From assembly GCA_051294375.1 (NCBI GenBank), contig JBJCIZ010001433.1:1-5093 (forward strand): a stretch of 5,093 bases of DNA. The letters run 5' to 3'. Source of the stretch: Paraspadella gotoi (Eukaryota; Animalia; Chaetognatha). The notes beneath the pieces are model-generated. The model was not told where the DNA came from, did not search any database, and saw only the letters and a program-made list of their open reading frames with translations. Shown here one piece after another: positions 1-5,093 of the stretch. How positions within the stretch are numbered: position 1 is the stretch's first letter; every line of letters begins with the position of its first letter. Position numbers and translations under genes: made by a program.

Positions 1-120
1 ATCATGGGTTTCTTTCTTCTTTGTCCTTTTCTTGCCTCTTATCTCTTCTTACAATTTATTATTTCTTGTTACTGCGTCCATTCTACTTCACGTTCTCCTT
101 CATGTCATTTGAGGGAAATT

Positions 121-480
121 GACAAAGAACAAAACAAGAAAAGAGAAAGCACCAAGACACAGACAAGACAAGACAGAACAAGACACAAGACTAAAGACAA
201 GACAAGACTAAGAACCCAAAGACAAGACAAGACAAAATATATAAGCAAAAAACAAGAAAAAAAGCAAAGCCAAAGCACAAAGCCAAAGCAAAGAACAAAA
301 AAAAGCAAAAGAATCAAGAAACAAGAGAAAAAGAAAAGAAAAGACAAAGAAAAAAAAGACAAGACAAGAAAATACAAACCATATAATATTAAGAAATGGA
401 AAAAAAAAGAACAAGCAAAGAAAAGTAATAGAAAAAAGAAAAAGAAAAAGGAAAAGCGAAAGAAAAAGAAAGAAAAAACA
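121..480 (+). repeat. A-rich, T-depleted low-complexity tract with degenerate (GACAA)n, (AAAGC)n and (GAAAA)n units
   Basis: GACAAGACAAGACA runs at ~162-235 and ~343-368, AAAGC/CAAAG units at ~243-310, and GAAAA units to 480. By hand count there are only about 15 T in 360 nt. Confidence 0.9.
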
Positions 481-1624
481 GTAATTACCCCAGAATCCTA
501 TTAAACTGCCAGAAAAACAAAGGTTTCTCTAGGTTTTAGTCCAAAATTCTTTAAACCCTGACCTCTCAGCTGGAGAAAAGACAACCAAACGAACGAGTCA
601 AGGAGGCAAAAAGAGTTAGGCCGAGGCAAGAAGAGAAGGCAAGAACGAAGGAACAAGACAATAACGACAAAACGAAAAAAAAATAGGTTATCCGATCTGC
701 CAAGAAAAAATGAAAAAAAAGGACAAAAAGGGAAAAAAAGCACAGTGGCGAATCGATGCCCTTAAAATAGAGAATACAGAGAAAAATAAATTAAAGTAAA
801 CAAGAATTTAAAACGCTAAAAGATACTTTAATGCGCCATAAAGCTGACAAAGTCAACTAATTTAACCATAAACCTCCCCCATTTCTTTCCTCATCCCTTA
901 AAAATCTAATCTTTAACGGCTAATCTCGCACCCAATATCTCCAAGCACAATCCCAATAACCCCCAATTTTTTAACCCAATATACCTAACAACCATCTATC
1001 TTAGGCAGTTCTACGTCGAGGAAGACTTTTTCAATGGGAGATATCTCTTTACAAATCTGAACTGACCAAACCCAATTGTCAAACTGCCCCTCGGAAAACA
1101 TTCACGGACAATACATACAAAAATAGATGGTTTCAATAAACTCATCCCGATTACGTCTGACTCCCTGTTATGAATCCTGAACAGGCTCGCCATTTTTTGC
1201 TCTCCTCTTGACCATTAAACCATCATTTCCGACATCAAACACCATCAGAATCTTTCAAACTGGAACTGTCCCGCTGCAGAAAATAATTTTGACCTGACGA
1301 TTTGATATATATCAAAATATAAAGGGTGAAGGCATTTTCCTCAACTTCGAATACCCCAATGTTCAACCGCATTTAAACCATATTTGTGATTTTATCCAAT
1401 TACACTTCCGAATTCAGGAATCCGATAAAACCATATAGTCTTGAAGCGCTCTCCAAAATTTCTTCCCTTTACCACTTTTATTTGGCTTATTATTTTAGCA
1501 TATGATACGATTCCCATGGGAAAGTGACATTAGTCCCATTTTTGCGGTTGACTAATTATTCTATCTTTTATCATTGTTATAACCCATTACAAAAAAATGT
1601 AAACGATTTTCTCTTTACCAAATG

Positions 1625-1655
1625 TCTCTCTCTCTCTCGCTCTCTCTCTCTCTCT
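1625..1655 (+). repeat. (TC)n microsatellite with one interruption, inside the RT remnant
   Basis: tctctctctctctcgctctctctctctctct lies directly before gat att tca (DIS). Confidence 0.95.
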
Positions 1656-1797
1656 GATATTTCAAATTTCACCAACTCTTCCCCGTTGATGCGCAGTTCC
1701 TTACCCTTCACCATGTCCTCATACTGCTTGCACCCAGCTGTCCCTCCTTGCTCAATCTCCTTGTTGGAAAAAAACTCCCCTCTTTTTCTGTCGTCTG

Positions 1798-1827
1798 CTC
1801 TCCTCTCTCTCTCTCTCTCTCTCCTCC
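1798..1827 (+). repeat. (CT)n microsatellite inside the RT remnant
   Basis: ctctcctctctctctctctctctctcctcc follows ttt ctg tcg (FLS). Confidence 0.95.
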
Positions 1828-2597
1828 ATAACCCCTCAATCGTTAAAAGAGGTCTAAAATAATACCACCTTGAATTGTCCATAACTGATGAAGACTCTCT
1901 AAAACCCAAGAGTCGCAAAACATGACTCTTACCCAATAAACAACTTCGTTGATAAAAACAAATTAAAATTTGTTTTTTCTCCTACAACTCCCTAAAGGTT
2001 AAAAGGTAAAAGTATGAGCTAACGATTCGGAATTCTAAGTTGAGTTTTCAACCTGCTGGCCGAGTCCCAGATTACCCGGGAAACAAATTCTCTCCGTATC
2101 GTGCCGAAAGATCTTCCAAGAAAGCGTGGTGGGATTTCCCGAACCTCTATCTTCTGGATTAACTAATTCTTCCTAATACATTGTATGCGTAGGATTTTTT
2201 CTTTCTTTAAACCCTTCCAAATATTAACCAATATTTGCCCATCATTCTCTACCTTGGCCCGTATCAAGACAAATATATTCTCAAAAAAACCTTCTGGCTT
2301 TTGTTCGTAGCCGCATGCTTAGGGTTCCCTCCTACCCATATTCCCCTACCCGGTTTTTCTGTTTTAGGTCATTTTTCGCTAAAATTTGTCTTCTCGCACC
2401 TTTTTTTAACATGTCTTTGTACCGATCTTATATAGCTCCAGTTGAATCAGCTTTGCAAGAACTTAGTATAATCACACAATATCATTTTATGCCAAGTTTA
2501 AAAAAAAGCTTTTTTTTTATTTTATTGTGTTATAGCGTATTCTTATGACGAAAGAAAATAGGGCATAATAAACGGAAATGTATACCGAGGAAAAGCA

Positions 2598-2640
2598 TCT
2601 CTCTCTCTCCTCTTGCTCGTTTCTCTTTCTCTCTCTACTC

Positions 2641-2677
<37 letters not shown>

Positions 2678-2687
2678 CTTTCTTTTC
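2598..2687 (+). repeat. Imperfect (CT)n microsatellite
   Basis: About 90 nt of near-pure pyrimidine CT repeat. Confidence 0.95.
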
Positions 2688-2827
2688 ATGACAATAAACG
2701 CACTACTGTTTTTCAATTTTCGCTCGTAGGAGAAAGACTCTTTCCAGAAGAAGTAAAGTATAATGATTTACGACTGAAACAACATGACACAACAAAATAA
2801 ATTCCGTGCGTCTACTCGACCGTCACA

Positions 2828-2970
2828 TCTTTCCTTTCCTCCTCTCTCTCTCCTCTCTCGTGCTCTCATTCTCTTCTCCTCCTCTCTCTCTCTGCTCTCT
2901 CTCTCTTCTCTCTTCCTTCTCGTCTTCTCTTCTTCTCTCTCTCTCTCTTTGTTCTTGCTCATCCCCTCTC
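2828..2970 (+). repeat. Imperfect (CT)n / polypyrimidine tract
   Basis: About 140 nt of interrupted CT repeat. Confidence 0.95.
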
Positions 2971-3120
2971 ATTCATCTAGATTAATGCGACGAGAATTAT
3001 CTGCCTAAAAATCATTACCAGTTCATTCTTTGGGAACAAAGATAAATAAAAACCTTGACTGAATCAGCGAGAAAACATTTTTCTGTCTCTCGCGAGACAA
3101 AAGTTGGTGGTGTTTATTCT

Positions 3121-3183
3121 TTTACTTTCATCTCTCTCATCTACTTCTCTCTTCTCTCTCCTCTTTCTCTCTCATACGTCTCT

Positions 3184-3245
<62 letters not shown>

Positions 3246-3357
3246 CTTTCTCTCTCTCTCTCCTCTCTGTCGCTCACAATCGCTCTTTCCTCTCTCTCTC
3301 TCTCCTTTTTGATTCTCTTACGTGTTTCTTCTTTCTCCTATTTCCTTCCCCTCTTCT
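3121..3357 (+). repeat. Compound (CT)n tract with a perfect (TC)26 core at 3188-3239
   Basis: Uninterrupted TC alternation at 3188-3239 (52 nt), flanked by degenerate CT-rich sequence. Confidence 0.97.
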
Positions 3358-3397
3358 GAATTGATCGTAGAATTTCAAATTTGCTTCTTTGAATCAA

Positions 3398-3470
3398 TCT
3401 CCTCTCTATCTCTCTCTCTCCTCTCTCTCTTCTCTCTTCTTCTCCTCTCTCCTCTCTCCTGACTCTCTTA
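3398..3470 (+). repeat. Imperfect (CT)n tract at the position of the ORF2 end / 3' UTR of the LINE remnant
   Basis: Interrupted CT repeat between the FK motif (3374-3379) and the A-rich run. Confidence 0.92.
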
Positions 3471-3474
3471 CTTC

Positions 3475-3510
3475 AAAATTAAAAACAAATAAATAAAATA
3501 AATAAAACAA
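3475..3510 (+). repeat. A-rich (TAAA)n-like run; candidate decayed 3' tail of the LINE
   Basis: aaaattaaaaacaaataaataaaataaataaaacaa lies about 100 nt after the last ORF2-like motif. The repeat is seen directly; its role as a tail is inferred. Confidence 0.6.
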
Positions 3511-3564
3511 CCAATATCGACCCCCGCCGCTTCGGTTCTTCACAGCCAAACATTGTAAGACGGC

Positions 3565-3623
3565 GACAGATGATATACAGATAATAGACAGATCAATCAG
3601 ATCAGATCAATAAGACAGATAAT
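3565..3623 (+). repeat. Short degenerate tandem repeat with six CAGAT cores
   Basis: CAGAT starts at 3567, 3578, 3589, 3598, 3603 and 3616. Confidence 0.8.
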
Positions 3624-3759
3624 CGGTGAATGGAGGAACTAATTTTGGAGTAACATTGTTTGATTTCTGCTATATGATAATAATTTTTTTTATAAAAATG
3701 TAATTTAATATTCTAAAGAAAGAAAATAAAAGGTTTTCATTTTTAACTGATTGTCCCCA

Positions 3760-3850
3760 TCTTTTTTTTTGTTCTTTCTTTTCATTTTCTTTTCTCTCCG
3801 TCTCTCTCCTCGCTTTCTCTCTCTCTCTCTCTCCTCATCTCCTCCACTCT
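3760..3850 (+). repeat. Polypyrimidine / (CT)n tract
   Basis: T-runs grade into CT repeats; an A15 run follows at 3872-3886. Confidence 0.9.
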
Positions 3851-3941
3851 AACCACCCAAGAAAAATCCGGAAAAAAAAAAAAAAATCTATGGAGTTTTT
3901 TATTCAGAACACTGAATAGCTGTCTCTGATTGAAATGGAAT

Positions 3942-3969
3942 GGAGAGAGAGAAAGGAAAGAGAAAGAGA

Positions 3970-4012
<43 letters not shown>

Positions 4013-4022
4013 GAGAGAGAGA

Positions 4023-4053
<31 letters not shown>

Positions 4054-4093
4054 TGAGAAGAGAAGAGAAGAGAAGAGAGATAGAATTAGAGAG
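3942..4093 (+). repeat. Compound (GA)n tract with a perfect (AG)18 core at 3975-4010
   Basis: Near-pure purine GA repeat, in the opposite orientation to the upstream CT tracts. Confidence 0.97.
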
Positions 4094-4164
4094 TAGATCA
4101 TAAAAGAAAATGGGGACGTCAGGTAGAAATGGGTTCGTAGGGACAGATTCGACTTGGGACGCGA

Positions 4165-4187
4165 TCTCTGTCTCTCTCTCTCTCTCT
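4165..4187 (+). repeat. Short (TC)n microsatellite
   Basis: tctctgtctctctctctctctct. Confidence 0.9.
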
Positions 4188-4240
4188 GCACAAAAAAAAA
4201 CTGCTCCTTTTTTCCTCCTCCTTTATTGTCCTCGAGAGAC

Positions 4241-4480
4241 TGTCATTGTTGTTGTTGTTGTCGTCGTCGTTTTCGTTGTTGTCTTCATCGATTTTCTCTT
4301 CTTTTTTATCATCGTTAACATCAATCATTCTCGCCTCGAGATCGTCCTTCTATGTATGTATTTGACAATCACTCACAAACTCATTTGTTGATTCATCACC
4401 ATTTTCGCCATCGTCTTTACATACAATCGATATGGTCGTCATCATTGTCATTTTTGTCATCATGGCTATCACCGTCATCG
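4241..4480 (+). repeat. Degenerate trinucleotide repeat region (GTT/GTC/ATC on +; AAC/GAC/GAT on -)
   Basis: (GTT)4(GTC)3 core at 4248-4268 and many ATC/GTC/ATT triplets through 4480. Confidence 0.8.
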
Positions 4481-4547
4481 TAAGGTTAATGGCGCAGACG
4501 ATCCGAGAAGCAAAAAAAATCGCCCGGTGACTCCGTTTCCTTTTTTT

Positions 4548-4715
4548 GAGGAGGAAAAGGAAAAGGGAGGAAAGAAAAGGGAGGAAAGAAAAGGGAGGAA
4601 AGAAAAGGAAGGGAAAAAAGGAGAAAAGAAAAGGAAGGAAAGAAAAAAAGGAAAAAAAAGAGAAGAAAAGAGGAAAAGGGAGAAATGGAGAAAAACGAGA
4701 GAAAAATAAAAAAAT
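4548..4715 (+). repeat. Polypurine tract (pure A/G at 4548-4685) containing three perfect copies of AAAAGGGAGGAAAG (4561-4602)
   Basis: 138 consecutive purines, with 14-mer copies at 4561, 4575 and 4589. Confidence 0.95.
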
Positions 4716-4852
4716 ATAGGATATTCATTATAGGATTTACACTAACAACATTAAAATATCATGTAATTAAAATGACTATTCTCTATGTACTACAATAAGT
4801 AAAATGTACGAAAGCCAATTTTGAACGTTGAAGCAGGTTGGAGACTGTGAAT

Positions 4853-4935
4853 GGAAACGGGAGAAAAAGGAACAACAGGGAAACAATAAATAAATAGAAG
4901 AAGCGGAGAAAAGAAAAAAGAAAAAAAGAGAGAAA
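4853..4935 (+). repeat. A/G-rich low-complexity tract
   Basis: GAAAA-type runs and a short (TAAA)n. Confidence 0.8.
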
Positions 4936-5012
4936 TAAGTCTGGACGGAAAGAAGCCAAATTCGTGCTGCACAATTTATATAAATATAAGAAGAAGGTTC
5001 TTCCTTTTCTTA

Positions 5013-5066
5013 GGCTGCTCCGTGCTGCTGATGCTGCTGGTCCTTGCTGCTGTTGCTTGCTGCTGT
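5013..5066 (-). repeat. Degenerate (CAG)n/(CTG)n trinucleotide patch near the window edge
   Basis: Repeated gctgctg/tgctgc on the + strand in a locally GC-richer segment. Confidence 0.7.
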
Positions 5067-5093
5067 CGACTGTAGTTGGCGAATGCTTCTGCT

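Larger units (their letters stand above)
1336..2464 (+). pseudogene. Disrupted reverse transcriptase domain of the LINE remnant (many stops and frameshifts)
   Basis: Motifs in canonical order: FP (1336-1341); NVQP (1358-1369); SNY..R.PI....LSKI (1395-1460; cf. SNYRPISL...LSK); tac-ga-ttc, i.e. YGF lacking 1 nt (1506-1513); LRLTNY (1542-1559); DIS (1656-1664; cf. LDISKAFD); SSYCLHPAV (1716-1742; cf. PSYG.HP.L); FLS (1785-1793); TQES (1904-1915; two substitutions from PQGS); tat-[ga]-gct-aac-gat, i.e. YAND (2013-2026; cf. YADD); FST (2045-2053); EPLSSGLTNSS (2141-2173; cf. ERL.SDL..IS.W); LNPSK (2207-2221; cf. FN.SKT); SVLG (2358-2369; cf. I/YLG); NMSLYRSYIAPVESALQEL (2408-2464; cf. NL.W..HI....K.AS.KLG). 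Each match is weak alone; the order is the evidence. Confidence 0.6.
800..3510 (+). mobile_element. Highly degenerate, apparently 5'-truncated non-LTR retrotransposon (LINE, jockey/CR1-group) remnant: ORF2 linker, RT, C-terminal region and A-rich tail. Boundaries approximate.
   Basis: Manual + strand translation gives colinear, decayed ORF2-like motifs. Linker: KLTKS (841-855), I*SLTANLAPNISK..PQFFNP (~904-978), GKHSRTIHTKIDGFNKLIPI (~1093-1152), LD..SDI..NCPAAE (1207-1281). The RT motifs at 1336-2464 follow (next feature). C-terminal: ELS (2994-3002), HFSV (3076-3087), YSFTFI (3115-3132), DSL..FPS..FK (3311-3379; cf. WNSLP..VFP....FK). An A-rich tail follows at 3475-3510. No endonuclease domain is recognisable upstream. 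Reference motifs are recalled, not searched. Confidence 0.62.

Noticed and set aside
4-743. ORFs 4-504 (+, Lys-rich) and 105-377, 208-414, 501-743 (-, Phe/Leu-rich)
   Set aside because: They are open only because the A-rich, T-poor repeat lacks stop codons; the translations mirror the repeat units.
970-1235. Apparent APE-endonuclease motifs (TIY, EDFFN, KIDGF, LDH)
   Set aside because: The spacing does not fit, and the segment lies only ~100-400 nt before the RT start. It fits the pre-RT linker better.
2250-2258. YLG tripeptide as the RT YLG motif
   Set aside because: It lies only ~10 codons after LNPSK. SVLG at 2358-2369 fits the downstream context better, though this remains ambiguous.
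1990-2370. Telomere-like CCCTAAA, TTAGGG and TTTAGG words
   Set aside because: They are isolated single copies, not tandem arrays.
1235-2460. Alternative genetic code (TAA/TAG read as Gln). Minus-strand frames read long and protein-like if TAR is sense, e.g. MLK**AK*KW*REEILESASRLYGFIGFLNSEV*LDKITNMV*MRLNIG, and ~180 codons lack TGA at 2459-1921.
   Set aside because: These peptides show no recognisable homology, long TGA-free runs are not rare across six frames, and the region is better explained as the antisense of the + strand RT remnant.
2500-2517. A8-GC-T8 palindrome, plus similar small hairpins (1511-1522, 3084-3099, 4536-4563) as terminators or regulatory stems
   Set aside because: These are homopolymer or low-complexity stems expected by chance, with no prokaryotic gene context.
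781-3520. Target-site duplication flanking the LINE (taaacaa at ~797 vs taaaacaa at ~3503)
   Set aside because: The match is short, imperfect and within A-rich sequence, and the element's boundaries are uncertain.
3518-3565. CpG-rich patch with C-TTCG-G as a possible structured RNA or tRNA fragment
   Set aside because: The tetraloop stem is only ~2 bp, and there is no cloverleaf or A/B box pattern.
2768-4974. SLSL, RERE, poly-Val, K/E-rich and poly-Phe ORFs in the track
   Set aside because: They are direct translations of CT/GA, GTT and polypurine repeats, apart from short LINE-derived motif fragments in the ORFs starting at 2784, 3055 and 3104. Their apparent transmembrane or coiled-coil character is artefactual.
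1-5093. CRISPR-like alternation of repeats and unique segments
   Set aside because: The repeats are variable-length microsatellites, the intervening segments are irregular and mostly LINE-derived, and there are no cas-like ORFs.

Overview
AT-rich, microsatellite-saturated eukaryotic DNA with no intact gene, RNA gene or CRISPR array. The compound (CT)n/(GA)n, GACAA, CAGAT and GAT/GAC/AAC repeats resemble SSR-rich animal genomes such as decapod crustaceans; the taxon is an inference. Nearly all tracked ORFs are low-complexity by-products. The main hidden structure is a heavily decayed non-LTR retrotransposon (jockey/CR1-group ORF2) on the + strand at about 800-3510. Its pre-RT linker, RT motifs, C-terminal motifs and A-rich tail appear in the expected order but are scattered across all three frames by stops and indels. 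Six (CT)n tracts lie inside it, several at positions where the protein would have Ser/Leu/Phe codons. The call rests on manual motif recognition from memory, not on a database search. I see no support for a novel biological system.
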